Assembly: GCA_965207065.1 (NCBI GenBank)
Contig: OZ242260.1
Coordinates: 864,001-928,000, forward strand
Length of the DNA stretch: 64,000 bases
Source: a bacterium
GTDB lineage: Bacteria; UBA8248
Direction: 5' to 3'
Position 1 is the stretch's first letter, and every line of letters begins with the position of its first letter. This document shows, in pieces, positions 19,538-30,480 of the stretch. The translations under genes and the position numbers were made by a program. The notes beneath the pieces are model-generated. The model had not been told where the DNA came from and did no database searches. It worked only from the letters and a program-made list of their open reading frames with translations.

Positions 19538-20575
19538 ATGTGGCGTAATCGAAGCAACGGAAAGCGTCTCGCTGATAACCGAACCGTGAGAAGTTGTGGA
19601 TGGCTCCTGGCGGCGGCGATATTCGGCTTCGTCGCTGTTCTCTCGACCCCCGTATTCGCCATGGACAAGCAGCTTACCTTCATGTCGGGCGGTGCGAAGG
19701 GCTCCTGGTACCGCTACTTGACCGCGATGAGCGAATGCATGCGGAAAAACAGCGACATCAAGGTCACCGTCGTCCCGACCTCGGGCGGCATGGAAGCGTT
19801 CCGCAAGCTCCAGGGAGGCAAGGCCGACGTGGGGTTCACCTTCCAGACCGTGGCCTTTCCGGCCTGGCAGGGGAAGGGAAGCTGGAAGGGGAAGAAGCTC
19901 CGGGAGCTGCGCGCGGTCGGCTTTGGAATTTCCTCTTCGATATTCCACTTCGTCGTTCTGAAAAGCTCCGGCATCAAGAAACTGGCCGATTTGAGCGGGA
20001 AGAAGTTTTCGCCGTGCCCCATCGGCACCACCTGCTACGCATCCGTCGGCTCCTTTCTCAGACACATCGGCCTGTACAAGAAGATCAAGGTCAGCAACCT
20101 CTCCCACGGCGAGCAGGTCAGCTACCTGAAGGACGGCAAGATCGACGGCTACGCCCTGCAGGGCGGTCTTCCGAACCCCTCGGTCACGGAGGCGGCCCTG
20201 ACCCGCCCCGTCCGGCTGATCAGCGTCGATCAGGGGGTGGATTTCAGCGGATTCCTGAAGGAGTTCCCCGGCTTCGAGCCCACGACGATTCCGAAAGGGA
20301 CCTACAAGGGAGTGGACTATGACGTGTCCACCATGGGCCTGAGCGGTGTTCTGGTAGCGAACAAGAACACCTCCCCGGACTTGATTTACCAGATGACGAA
20401 GACGCTCTGGGGCAAATCCTGCGTCAGCTACCTGACCAAGAACAACCGCGGGCTGGCCGGCATGAAGAAAGCCAATCCGACCGAAGGGCTGGTGATTCCG
20501 GTTCACCCGGGAGCCGCCCGGTACTGGAAGGAAAAAGGGATCAAGAACATGGCGCCTGCCGAGGGCTCGATGTAA
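19538..20575 (+). CDS. TAXI-family TRAP transporter solute-binding protein
   Basis: Signal peptide; SGGAKGSWY, IPKGTYKG and IPVHPGAARYWKE. Confidence 0.9.
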   Translation: MWRNRSNGKRLADNRTVRSCGWLLAAAIFGFVAVLSTPVFAMDKQLTFMSGGAKGSWYRYLTAMSECMRKNSDIKVTVVPTSGGMEAFRKLQGGKADVGFTFQTVAFPAWQGKGSWKGKKLRELRAVGFGISSSIFHFVVLKSSGIKKLADLSGKKFSPCPIGTTCYASVGSFLRHIGLYKKIKVSNLSHGEQVSYLKDGKIDGYALQGGLPNPSVTEAALTRPVRLISVDQGVDFSGFLKEFPGFEPTTIPKGTYKGVDYDVSTMGLSGVLVANKNTSPDLIYQMTKTLWGKSCVSYLTKNNRGLAGMKKANPTEGLVIPVHPGAARYWKEKGIKNMAPAEGSM

Positions 20576-20742
20576 TTCAGGTGGGTGAATTTTCGTATAT
20601 CTCCCCGGAGGCGCGGAGTCTGGGCGGCCTTGCATCTTCATTAGCGCGCCTGATTCCGTCTCCTGCGGGGGGAAACCGGCGAAGGGCATGACTGGGGATT
20701 TCCCGATCTCCTGCGAGATCGAAAAGGGCGGAGCCGTGTGCG

Positions 20743-21837
20743 ATGAGTTATGAGCGAAAGACACTCGGGGTCGCCGTCATCGGCGCGGGGCGCATGGGGA
20801 CCCACCGCGCCAGAATGGCGTCCAAACACCCCGCGGTCCGGTTCCTGGCCATTTCCGATCTGGACCCCGCCCGGGCCGAGGCGCTGGGCGAGGAGGTGGG
20901 GGCGCATTTCACCACGGGCAGCAACGAGGTGGCGATAAACCACCCCGACGTCACCGCCGTCATCGTATCCACCCCCGAACCCAGTCATGTCGAGCCGATT
21001 CTGCAGACCATCGAGCGCGGTAAACGCGTCGTGGTCGAGACGCCCCTGGCCTTGAGCCTGGATGATGCGGACCGGCTGATAGAGGCTTCCGCGCAAAGCG
21101 GCGTGGAACTGCACGTGAACTACAGCAAGCGTTACTCGCGGCACTACTTCCTCGGCAAGGAGCAGGTCCAGGAGGGCCGGCTGGGGCGTCTCCTGGGCGG
21201 AACGGCCCGGGTGTACAATTCGCGCGCGCAGGCCTTCGAGATTCTGAAACGAACGGACGAGGTGACCCCGGTGGTCGACGTGCTGGTCTACTCCGTGGAC
21301 ATGATTTGCTGGCTCATGGAGGGGATCCGCCCGGTGGAGGTTTTCGCCCGGGGCCACGGGGTCGTTTTCGAAGAGGCCGGCTACCCCGGGATCAACGATA
21401 CGACCTGGGCGATTCTCACGTTCGAGGACGGAGCCGTCTTCAGCCTGGGAATCTGTTACGCCCTGCCCTACAAATACCCCACACTGGGGCAAGGCACCCG
21501 CCTGGAAGTCATCGGAAAGGAGGGGGTCCTGCTTTTTGACGAGGACAAGAAGGAGAACCTCCTCTATACGGAAAAGGGATATCCTCACGTCTACGTCCCC
21601 GACCACCACATCAATACCGCGTTCCTGGGAACCAACTCCGCGGGCGACTGGGCGCTCGACCATATGTTCGGGCCCGTCGCCCACGAGACGCGCGCCTGGC
21701 TCGATTACCTTTCGACGGGGAACCCCTGCCTGCACCCGACCGCAAAAGAAGCGCGGCAGACTCTGGAAATCACCCTCGCAATCGACGAATCCGCCCGGAC
21801 CGGAAGGGCGATCGAGCTGCCCTCGAGAGTCATCTGA
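20743..21837 (+). CDS. Gfo/Idh/MocA family oxidoreductase
   Basis: VIGAGRMG Rossmann motif; VSTP..H; ETP in place of the usual EKP. Confidence 0.88.
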   Translation: MSYERKTLGVAVIGAGRMGTHRARMASKHPAVRFLAISDLDPARAEALGEEVGAHFTTGSNEVAINHPDVTAVIVSTPEPSHVEPILQTIERGKRVVVETPLALSLDDADRLIEASAQSGVELHVNYSKRYSRHYFLGKEQVQEGRLGRLLGGTARVYNSRAQAFEILKRTDEVTPVVDVLVYSVDMICWLMEGIRPVEVFARGHGVVFEEAGYPGINDTTWAILTFEDGAVFSLGICYALPYKYPTLGQGTRLEVIGKEGVLLFDEDKKENLLYTEKGYPHVYVPDHHINTAFLGTNSAGDWALDHMFGPVAHETRAWLDYLSTGNPCLHPTAKEARQTLEITLAIDESARTGRAIELPSRVI

Positions 21838-21901
21838 GAATCCCCCGCTCTGCATATGACGCCCCTGACGCCATACGAGGCATGCCCGAGGAACGCAGGG
21901 G

Positions 21902-23851
21902 ATGGAGACGGTAGCCGTGCGCGATGACGCCCGAAACAACTGGCTCGACCGCTTCGTCACCCGGACCACGGCCATTCCGCTGCCCCGGGACTTGCGCTCG
22001 AAGGGGCTTCGCACCGTCGTGACGCTGGTTTCCGTCGCGTTTTCCCTTCTCTATATCTACTACGCCGGGTTCGGGTATTTCTCGCCCGAGAGCTTCATCT
22101 CCGGGTATCTGGGCTTCACGTTCGTCCTGGTTTTCATCCTTTTCCCGGGGTCGGACAAATCGCCGCGCGACCGGATTACCGCTGTTGACGGAATCCTGGT
22201 GTTGAGCACCATCGCGGTCACCTACCATTACAACGTCTACTTCCCCGTCCGCTACATCGAGCGATTCGGCGAGGCGCTCACGCACGACGTGGTTTTCGGC
22301 ATCATGGCCATCCTTCTGGCGCTCGAGGCCTGCCGCCGCACGCTGGGGCCCGCCCTCCCGTTGATCTCGGTGTGCCTGATCGGATATTCCCTTTTTGGCC
22401 CCTACTTTCCCGGCCATCTGACGCACCAGGGGATCAGCCTCTGGGACACCGCGGCATGGCTCTACAGCAACCAGTCGATCTACGGCGTCATCACGCGGAT
22501 ATTCGCGAGTTTCGTATTCCTCTTCATCGTGTTCGGCGCGATTCTGGAGATGTCGGGCGGCAAGGAGCTCTTCCTCAATCTCCCGCTCTCGATCATCGGG
22601 CGCACCCGGGGAGGTTCGGCGAAGCTCAGCGCCGTGGCGAGCGCGCTTTTCGGCATGATATCCGGGAGCCCCACGGCGAACATCGTGGGCACCGGAACGC
22701 TCACCATCCCGCTGATGAAGCGTTCCGGATTCCCGCCGCACGTCTCGGCCGCTTTCGAGGCCACAGCCTCGACCATCGGGGTGACCATGCCCCCGTTGAT
22801 GGGCGCGGCCATATTCCTCATGGCGGATTTCACGGGAATCCCCTATCTGGAAATCGTCAAGGTATCGATACTGCCGTCGCTGCTGTTCATGCTGTCCCTC
22901 CTGGTGGTGGCTCACGTGTACGCCAGGAAGGCGGGCATCGAGGGATTGCCGCCCGAGGAGCTGGGCGACCCCTGGGAGATACTCAAAAACTACTGGACCT
23001 TCGCGGTTCCCCTGGGTCTCATATTCTACATGCTCGGCTCGGGCTACAGCCCGGATTACGCCGTGTTCGTCGCTATCCTGGGCGTGGCGGGGGCGAGTCT
23101 CCTTTCCAGGCACACGCGCCTGACGATTCCCCAATGGGGTAAAATCCTCGAGACCGGCGCCCGGAGATCGCTCACCGTCGGCGGCTTGGCCGGATGCCTG
23201 GGCATCATCATCGGGATCGTGTTCAGGACGGGAATCGGAACCAAGCTCTCGATCCTCGTGGTCGATCTATCCGGCGGATATCTCATTCTCGCCGTTTTGC
23301 TGACCGCCCTGGTGACGTTCGTGCTCGGGATGGGCGTCTCTTCCATCACGGCCGACTACCTCCTCCTTTCGGTGCTGATCGCACCGGCGCTGATTGAACT
23401 CGGCGCGACGCCGATGGCGGCCCACCTTCTGATCATCTGGTACTCGCAGACATCGAACCTGACACCGCCGGTCTGCGGCGGCGCCTTCACCGCGGCCGCC
23501 ATCGCAGGCGCTCACCCCTGGAGGACAGGCTTCTTCGCCTTCCGGATCGGGCTGTTCATCTACCTCATTCCCATCGCTTTCGTTTTCGGCGACCTCCTGA
23601 ATCCGGGGCTGAACCTCCCCTTCTTCTGGACGCTGCTGACGGCGGCCCTCTCGGCGGTCTGCTTTGGCGGCGCCGTCATCGGCTACCTGGCGGGCCCCTT
23701 GAATATGTGGCAGAGGTTCTTGCTCGCGGCGGCGACGATCGCCTTGTTCGAACCGCACCTGCTCCTGGATTTCATCGGCGTGGCTCTCCTCGCGCTGGTA
23801 ATAGTGTGGCAAAATCTCGGCAGAAGGCGGGCGAACGAAGGGGCCGCCTGA
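21902..23851 (+). CDS. TRAP transporter fused 4TM/12TM permease
   Basis: GGSAKLSAVAS, GTLTIPLMK, MPPLMGAAIFLMA and NLTPPV. Confidence 0.92.
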   Translation: METVAVRDDARNNWLDRFVTRTTAIPLPRDLRSKGLRTVVTLVSVAFSLLYIYYAGFGYFSPESFISGYLGFTFVLVFILFPGSDKSPRDRITAVDGILVLSTIAVTYHYNVYFPVRYIERFGEALTHDVVFGIMAILLALEACRRTLGPALPLISVCLIGYSLFGPYFPGHLTHQGISLWDTAAWLYSNQSIYGVITRIFASFVFLFIVFGAILEMSGGKELFLNLPLSIIGRTRGGSAKLSAVASALFGMISGSPTANIVGTGTLTIPLMKRSGFPPHVSAAFEATASTIGVTMPPLMGAAIFLMADFTGIPYLEIVKVSILPSLLFMLSLLVVAHVYARKAGIEGLPPEELGDPWEILKNYWTFAVPLGLIFYMLGSGYSPDYAVFVAILGVAGASLLSRHTRLTIPQWGKILETGARRSLTVGGLAGCLGIIIGIVFRTGIGTKLSILVVDLSGGYLILAVLLTALVTFVLGMGVSSITADYLLLSVLIAPALIELGATPMAAHLLIIWYSQTSNLTPPVCGGAFTAAAIAGAHPWRTGFFAFRIGLFIYLIPIAFVFGDLLNPGLNLPFFWTLLTAALSAVCFGGAVIGYLAGPLNMWQRFLLAAATIALFEPHLLLDFIGVALLALVIVWQNLGRRRANEGAA

Positions 23852-23888
23852 AGTTCCTGGATATGGCCGAGCCAATGATCCTGAAAGG

Positions 23889-25943
23889 ATGTATCGGTTG
23901 TTTACGTTAGGCGTCGACATCGGTGGAACGTTCACCGACCTCGTAGCGGTTGATCCCGAACGCGGCGAGGTGCGGACGGGGAAGATCCCATCGGTTTCGG
24001 ATGAACCCGCAGGAGCCATCCTGGCATGCCTCCGGGACCTCGGGCTCGAAGGCGAGGAACTGGAGCGGATGATCCATGGAACCACCGTCGCCACCAATGC
24101 GCTCCTGGAGCGGCGCGGCGCCGTGACGGCGCTGGTGACCACGCGCGGGTTCCGGGACGTGGTCGAAATCGGCAGGTGCCGGCGGCTGGTCGAGGGCGGC
24201 ATGTTCAACATCGGGTTCCGCCGTCCGCCCCCTCTGGTTCCCCGAAACCTTCGCGAGGAGGTGGACGAGCGCGTCCGGGCGAACGGCAGCGTCGAAGCCC
24301 CGCCCCGGCCGGAAGAGTTCCAAAGCGTAGCGGAAAACCTGAGACGGGAGGGGGTCGAGGCGGTGGCGGTATGCCTCCTGCATTCCTACGAGAATCCGGA
24401 ACACGAGGAAGCCCTCGGGCGGTGGTTGCGGGACCAGTTGGGGCCTGAGGTCTACATCTCGCTCTCAAGCTCCGTGAACCCCCAGTACCGCGAGTTCGAG
24501 CGCTTCTCCACGACCGTGGTGAACGCCTATGTCGGTCCGGCGGTGGGGCGGTATCTCTCGAAACTCAGAGACGGCGATATCGGGAAGCTGGAGGACCGCA
24601 GCATTTACATCATGGGCTCGGCCGGCGGTGTGATGGATATCGACACGGCGGAGGACTTTCCGGTGCGGACCATCTTTTCGGGGCCTGCCGGCGGGGTCAC
24701 CGCGGGGCGATATATCTCCGGGGAACTCGGGATTTCGAATCTCATCACCTGCGACATGGGCGGGACGAGCGCGGACGTCGCCCTCCTCCTCCGGGACCGG
24801 ATTCTCTACGCCGGAGATACCGTCATCTCGGGGGTACCCGTCCGCGCCGCCCAGCTCGAGATGAAAACCGTCGGCGCGGGAGCCGGAAGCATCGTGTGGG
24901 TCGACGTCGACGGGGCGCTTTGCGTGGGACCCAGGAGCGCGGGCTCCTCGCCGGGTCCCGCCTGTTACGGGTTCGGGGGAGAGGAGCCCACCGTCACCGA
25001 CGCGAACGTCGTCTTGAACCGGATCGGAGACGGCGCCCTTCTCGGCGGGAAAATACGGGTGGACGCCTCGCCGGCGCGAGAGGCGATGGCCCCGGTGCGG
25101 GACAGGCTCGCATTCCGCTCGTCCGAGGAGCTGGCCGAAGGGGCGCTTAAAATTCTCGTGGCCCGGACGGTCCGGCTTATCCGCGAGATCTCGCTCGAAC
25201 GGGGGTTCGACCCGCGCGAATTCGCCTTCGTGGCCTTCGGCGGAGCAGGCCCCATGCACGCCGCGGCCATCGCGGATGAACTCGATATCGAAACGGTCGT
25301 GGTTCCGTCTCACCCGGGGAATTTTTCCGCCATGGGGCTCGTGATGGCGAAGATGCGCCGGGATGCGACCGCCACCTATCTCGAACGCTCCTCCACCATC
25401 GATTCGGCGGACCTGCGCGGGCGGCTCGGAGAGATGGCGGAGGGGGTGGTGGACCGCCTCCTTGGCGACGGCGTACGGAAGGAAAGCATCTCCTTGTCGT
25501 GCTTTCTGGAGATGCGCTGTCTCGGGCAGGCGCACGAGATTCCCGTTCCCCTGGGATCGTCTCCAAGCCAAGTGGATCTGCCGGCCATCGAGGACGCCTT
25601 CCGAAAGATCTATGCCGAACGCTACGGCCGCAACCCGGACCCCGCGACCGAATGGGAGGTGATTTCGATCCGGATTATCGGCGAGGGAGAAGTCCAGGCG
25701 TATCCACCGGAAACCTGGCGGGCAAAGCGCGGGGGCGGCGAGGGTCCCAGGGAGGTGCGGAAAGTCTGGTTCGATGGGGAGTGGCGCGAAACTTGCGTAT
25801 ATGAGCGAAACGGGGTCGGGCCCGGGGCGGTCGTGGAAGGTCCCGCCATTATGGAAGAGAGCGGAGCCACGACGGTGGTTCCGCCGGGGTGGCGCGCCAC
25901 GGTCCACGCGAGCGGGCACCTGCTGCTGCGAAGGCGGCGATAA
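23889..25943 (+). CDS. Hydantoinase A/oxoprolinase family subunit
   Basis: GVDIGGTFTD, HGTTVATNA, SGPAGG, DMGGTS and FGGAGPMH. Confidence 0.92.
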   Translation: MYRLFTLGVDIGGTFTDLVAVDPERGEVRTGKIPSVSDEPAGAILACLRDLGLEGEELERMIHGTTVATNALLERRGAVTALVTTRGFRDVVEIGRCRRLVEGGMFNIGFRRPPPLVPRNLREEVDERVRANGSVEAPPRPEEFQSVAENLRREGVEAVAVCLLHSYENPEHEEALGRWLRDQLGPEVYISLSSSVNPQYREFERFSTTVVNAYVGPAVGRYLSKLRDGDIGKLEDRSIYIMGSAGGVMDIDTAEDFPVRTIFSGPAGGVTAGRYISGELGISNLITCDMGGTSADVALLLRDRILYAGDTVISGVPVRAAQLEMKTVGAGAGSIVWVDVDGALCVGPRSAGSSPGPACYGFGGEEPTVTDANVVLNRIGDGALLGGKIRVDASPAREAMAPVRDRLAFRSSEELAEGALKILVARTVRLIREISLERGFDPREFAFVAFGGAGPMHAAAIADELDIETVVVPSHPGNFSAMGLVMAKMRRDATATYLERSSTIDSADLRGRLGEMAEGVVDRLLGDGVRKESISLSCFLEMRCLGQAHEIPVPLGSSPSQVDLPAIEDAFRKIYAERYGRNPDPATEWEVISIRIIGEGEVQAYPPETWRAKRGGGEGPREVRKVWFDGEWRETCVYERNGVGPGAVVEGPAIMEESGATTVVPPGWRATVHASGHLLLRRRR

Positions 25944-26122
25944 GGGGTTGTTGAAAAAGCCCCGCAATGCCGATATGACGGCGACGGGATACCGCCTTGC
26001 CGGAGGGAATGTAGGGGTCGCATAAATGCGACCCGCATGCCACGAACGGGGAGGGCCGCATATATGCGGCCCCTACGGGTAAATCTTGGTTGATGCGAGA
26101 AGGAAGGGTTTTTCAATAACCC
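25944..26122. repeat. MITE-like element enclosing a REP doublet
   Basis: ggggttgttgaaaaagccc ... gggtttttcaataaccc; internal gtaggggtcgcataaatgcgaccc and gggccgcatatatgcggcccctac. Confidence 0.72.
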
Positions 26123-26185
26123 TTTGCAGGGCAGCCGGGAACTTATCCTGGAATTGCGGCCTGTGATGAATGAAGAGGTGAAGAG

Positions 26186-27475
26186 ATGACTTCAAACAAG
26201 GGGACGGACTTTCTCGAAAGGGCCCGTTCTTCCCTCCCGGGCGGCTGGCTCGGGGACCTGACGCTTCCCGACGAGATGATGCTGATCGCTTCCCGCGGAG
26301 AGGGGAGCCGCCTTTATGACGTGGACGGGCGTGGTTACCTCGATTTCACGATGGGCGGGGGATCCCTGATCCTGGGCCACGCGCATCCGGCCATCCTCGA
26401 GGCGGTTCAAAAGCAGATGGAACTCGGTTCGACTTACTATACGCTGAGCGACCGTTCCATCGAGTTGGCCGAGGAACTGGTGAAGGCGATTCCCTGCGCG
26501 GAACTGGTGCGTTTCGCCTCGACGGGCGGGGAGGCCACGTTCTATGCGCTGCGGCTGGCGCGCGCCTTCACCGGCAAGGAGAAAATCCTGAAATTTGAAG
26601 GGAGCTACATCGGCCACAGCGACTACGGAATGATGAGCGTCTCCCCGCCGCGCCCGAACATGTATCCGTCCCACCACCCGGATTCGGCCGGGATTCCCGC
26701 TGCGGTCCAGGAACTGGTGATCACGGCTCCCTTCAACAATGCCGATATCGCCTGCGGGCTGGTGGAAGAGCACGCCGGGGAGCTTGCCGCCGTCATCGTC
26801 GAGCCCGTTCAGCGGTCGATTCCCCCGGCCCCGGGTTTTCTCGAGCAACTCCGCCAGGTGACGACCGAGCGCGGGGTGCTGCTCGTTTATGACGAGGTGG
26901 TGACGGGATTCCGGCTGGCCTACGGAGGGGCGCAGGAGTATTTCGGCGTCGTTCCCGACCTGGCGGCTTACGGCAAGGCCGTCGCCTGCGGGTTTCCCCT
27001 GTCGGCGGTGGCGGGGCGGGCGGATGTAATGGAACTGGCGGACCCCGCCCGCAAGGGAGAGCCGGAGTACGTCTACGTCAGCGGCACGCTCTCGGGAAAT
27101 CCGGTGTGCGCCGCCGCGTCGCTCGCCACCTTGCAGGAATTGTCCCGGCCCGGCGTCTACGACGGCTTACGCGACATGGGGGAGCGATACCGGGGGGAAC
27201 TGGCGGCCTTGTTCGACGAACACGGGGTTCCGGCCCAAGTGCAGGGAATCGGGCCCTTCTTCCAGGTGTTTTTCACCCAGAATCCGGTCACGGACTACCG
27301 GGCGCAGACGCAAGCCGACCGGAAGCGGTTCGAATCGTTCGTCCGAAAAATGTTCGCGCAAGGTATTTTCATGAGCCGCAGGGCGAAGAACTATCTCTCC
27401 ACGGCCCACGGCGAACCGGACCTGGGCGAGTTCCTGGAAGCGGCGCGCGCCGTATGCGCCGGAGGCATCGACTGA
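26186..27475 (+). CDS. Class III PLP aminotransferase (GSA-aminomutase-like)
   Basis: DEVVTGFR, PDLAAYGK and SGTLSGNP. Confidence 0.88.
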   Translation: MTSNKGTDFLERARSSLPGGWLGDLTLPDEMMLIASRGEGSRLYDVDGRGYLDFTMGGGSLILGHAHPAILEAVQKQMELGSTYYTLSDRSIELAEELVKAIPCAELVRFASTGGEATFYALRLARAFTGKEKILKFEGSYIGHSDYGMMSVSPPRPNMYPSHHPDSAGIPAAVQELVITAPFNNADIACGLVEEHAGELAAVIVEPVQRSIPPAPGFLEQLRQVTTERGVLLVYDEVVTGFRLAYGGAQEYFGVVPDLAAYGKAVACGFPLSAVAGRADVMELADPARKGEPEYVYVSGTLSGNPVCAAASLATLQELSRPGVYDGLRDMGERYRGELAALFDEHGVPAQVQGIGPFFQVFFTQNPVTDYRAQTQADRKRFESFVRKMFAQGIFMSRRAKNYLSTAHGEPDLGEFLEAARAVCAGGID

Positions 27476-27477
27476 CA

Positions 27478-29538
27478 ATGAACGATAACCCTACGACTCA
27501 GGAGAGCGCCTCGGCCGACGCCGTCACGATCTCGGTCATCCAGGAACTCTTGATCTCCGTGGTCCGCGAGATGCGGGTTACTTTTTCGCGAAGCGCATTC
27601 TCGTCGATCATCAACGAAGGACACGATTTTTCCTGCGCTCTCCTTTCGCCGGAGGGAGACCTGGTGGCCCAGTCGGAAGATCATCCCGGGCACATCTTTC
27701 CGATCTCCTACGCCGCCAAGGCGGTTTTCGAGCGCTACGCCGGCGATATTCATCCGGGCGACGTTTTCCTCCTGAACGACCCCTATATCTGCGGAACCCA
27801 CATGAACGACATGGCGATGTTCTGCCCCCGGTTTTTCGAGGGGCGCGCGCTCGCCTTCCCGGCGCTCCGCGCGCATTGGGGGGACGTCGGCGGCTCGGTG
27901 GCCGGCAGTCTTTCGGGTGACGCCTCCCACATCTTCATGGAGGGAATGATCGTCCCGCCCATCCGGCTCTATTCCCGGGGCGAGCTGAACCGCGAATGCC
28001 TGGAGGTCATTCTCAAGAACATGCGGGGCCGCGAAGACAGGCATGGCGACCTGATGGCCATGCTCGGCACCTGCCAGCTTGCGCAGCGGCGCCTGGACGA
28101 GATCGAGGAGCGATACGGACGCGAATCCCTCCAGGCGGTGAACGACAGCCTCCTCGCCCGGGCGGAGAAACGGATGCGGGCGGCCATCAGCGCGCTTCCG
28201 TGCGGAACGTTCCACTACGAGAACTACATCGACAACAGCGGCACGGGCGCCGAGCCGCTCCGGATATCGCTCCGCCTCCAGATCAAGGAAGATCAAATCC
28301 ACTGTGATTTCAGCGGGACTTCCGGGCAGGTGAAAGGGCCTACGAACGCCGGGCCGGCCACGGTGGCAACCTCGTGCTTCATGGTGCTGAAATCGCTTCT
28401 GGATCCCGCGCTGAGCGTGAACGCGGGCTGTTTCCGCCCCCTCACGATGGAAGCGCCTGAAGGGTCCATTCTCAATGCCGGGTTTCCCGCTCCGTTCGGC
28501 GGCGCTTCCGACGTGCGGCGCACGATAGAATCGTGCGTTCTGGGCGCGGCGGTCCAGGCGATGCCCGACCTCGCGGCGGGCGACACCAAGGGGGCGGCCA
28601 ACCATTGCTACATCGCGGGCAGCCGGCCGGACTCGGGCGAGGCCTTCCTCTACTATGAATATCCGGCGGGGGGCACGGGCGCGCTTGCGGGAAGCGACGG
28701 AGACCACGCCATCAGGACCTACACAGAAGGGGATTTCAACGCCGTCCAGCCGGTGGAGAGCCTCGAAGCCACGCTTCCGCTCCTCGTCGAGGAGAGCGGC
28801 CTCAGGGCCGGCTCCTGCGGGCACGGGGAGTGGCGCGGCGGTCTGGGCATGGAGCGGAGGGTCCGCCTGGAGGCCGGCGGCGCGGGCCTCACCGTTCTGA
28901 CGGACCGCGTGATCATCCCTCCCTACGGGGTGGACGGCGGGACATCGGGCGGAGGAAACCGGTTCACGGTTCTCCGGGAAGGATCGGAGGTGGAGCCTTC
29001 CGACGTGCCGGGCAAGGCCACGGCCTTTCCGCTCACTGAAGGCGACGCCGTCGTACTGCGCTCCGCGGGCGGCGGCGGCTGGGGGGACCCGCTCGCCCGC
29101 GCGCCCGAGGCGGTGCTGGCCGACGTCCGGCTGGGATACATCAGCCTGGAGGATGCGCGGGAAGTCTATGGCGTGGTCGTAAATGGCGGGGCAATCGATG
29201 CGGCTGCGACCTCCTCCGCGCGGGAGCGGCTCAGAAAATCCAGGGTGTATCTCACCGTCCGCCTGGGCAGGGAGGACGCCTACGGCGGCAGCCGGCGGCT
29301 TTGCCCGATGTCTCTTGGGACGGCGAAAGAAGGCGGATTTTCCGAAGGGATGCTCGTCGAGTACGTTCCGGCGCGGGGCGCGCCGCTCAGGGCCTGGGTG
29401 AAAATCACGCCGGGGCCGGCCACCGGGGAAACTCCCCTCGGACCCGTCGCGGCGAGCATTCTGAAGCTACGGGAGGAGGAGCGAATATGGCTCCGGCCGA
29501 TCACGACGCCCTACTCGCACCCCCCGCTGGCCTCGTGA
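27478..29538 (+). CDS. Hydantoinase B/oxoprolinase family subunit with C-terminal extension
   Basis: DFSCAL, NDPY..GTHMND, HWGDVGG and GGGGWGDP; ATG directly after the aminotransferase stop. Confidence 0.9.
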   Translation: MNDNPTTQESASADAVTISVIQELLISVVREMRVTFSRSAFSSIINEGHDFSCALLSPEGDLVAQSEDHPGHIFPISYAAKAVFERYAGDIHPGDVFLLNDPYICGTHMNDMAMFCPRFFEGRALAFPALRAHWGDVGGSVAGSLSGDASHIFMEGMIVPPIRLYSRGELNRECLEVILKNMRGREDRHGDLMAMLGTCQLAQRRLDEIEERYGRESLQAVNDSLLARAEKRMRAAISALPCGTFHYENYIDNSGTGAEPLRISLRLQIKEDQIHCDFSGTSGQVKGPTNAGPATVATSCFMVLKSLLDPALSVNAGCFRPLTMEAPEGSILNAGFPAPFGGASDVRRTIESCVLGAAVQAMPDLAAGDTKGAANHCYIAGSRPDSGEAFLYYEYPAGGTGALAGSDGDHAIRTYTEGDFNAVQPVESLEATLPLLVEESGLRAGSCGHGEWRGGLGMERRVRLEAGGAGLTVLTDRVIIPPYGVDGGTSGGGNRFTVLREGSEVEPSDVPGKATAFPLTEGDAVVLRSAGGGGWGDPLARAPEAVLADVRLGYISLEDAREVYGVVVNGGAIDAAATSSARERLRKSRVYLTVRLGREDAYGGSRRLCPMSLGTAKEGGFSEGMLVEYVPARGAPLRAWVKITPGPATGETPLGPVAASILKLREEERIWLRPITTPYSHPPLAS

Positions 29539-29593
29539 ACGGGCCGACGCCCTTACCCCATCGTCGGGCATCCCGATCATCGAATTGTTCACC

Positions 29594-30262
29594 GTAGCGG
29601 ACAGCCCCGAGGAAGGGCTGTCCCTACAAAACCAACCCCCCCTACCCCCCCTTGTCAGGGGTCAAACGCGAGTGAGGAACGAGCGTTTGCAGAAGCCATA
29701 GACGAGAAACGCATCGGCTCGCAAAACCTCCCTCTTCGGTCGGTTTTGACCCTGACAAAGGGGGGTAGGGGGGGTTGGTTTTCCGGGGGTTCCCTCTCAA
29801 GGGGCTGTTGAAAAAGTCCTCCAAGGGGAAATGATGCCCCAAAGAGTGCCGCCCAATGCGGGAGGGTGGTTTTGCAGTTCGCTTTTGATCGTCATTCCGG
29901 TGTCGGAACCGACCGAGGAGAGAGGGTTCGACGGAATCCAGGGACTTTGCTTTTTTTATTTCTTATGCACTCCCGCCAATGAATGGGGATGAAAAATCGG
30001 AACCTCGCCATTCTCCTCGGCTCTGGATTCCGGCATTCGCCGGAATGACGGCGCTGGTCAATTGCGAGAGAGGAGGGGTTTTTTAACAGACCCCTCAAGG
30101 GGGGAGTGAACTTCAAAGGCGTTCGCGCAACCCAAATCCGCTTGCCGGGACTTTTTCAACAGGCCCTCCTCGGTCGCGTTCGATCCCCTGCCCCCCCTTG
30201 ACAGGGGGGGTAAAGGCGCCGCCGCCCGGCGGGGTGTAAACAAGCCCCGATCATCCATTCAC
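29594..30262. repeat. Complex of REP, long-hairpin and MITE-like repeats
   Basis: aaaaccaaccccccctaccccccttgtcagggg...cctgacaaagggggtaggggggttggtttt hairpin; ggggctgttgaaaaa...ttttaacagacccc; gtcattccgg...ccggaatgac. Confidence 0.7.
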
Positions 30263-30480
30263 CGCGCGATTCCCTCGCGGCTCCGCTGCGATGTTCCTCC
30301 AAAATACCGCTTCGGAATATTGATCCCGTATGTCGCTCATATTGTGATAATATTGGTACAATCGTTCCAATATTTAACATTTACAGGTGTTTGACGATTG
30401 AAACGGGATACAGAACCGAAGGGTGCGCTCCGCTCGGGGGGCATCGCCGCCGGGGTTTCGCAGGTGACAGGAGATTGCAC

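Noticed and set aside
27106-27477. N-terminal extension of the 810-aa ORF
   Set aside because: Overlaps the aminotransferase; hydantoinase B starts at 27478
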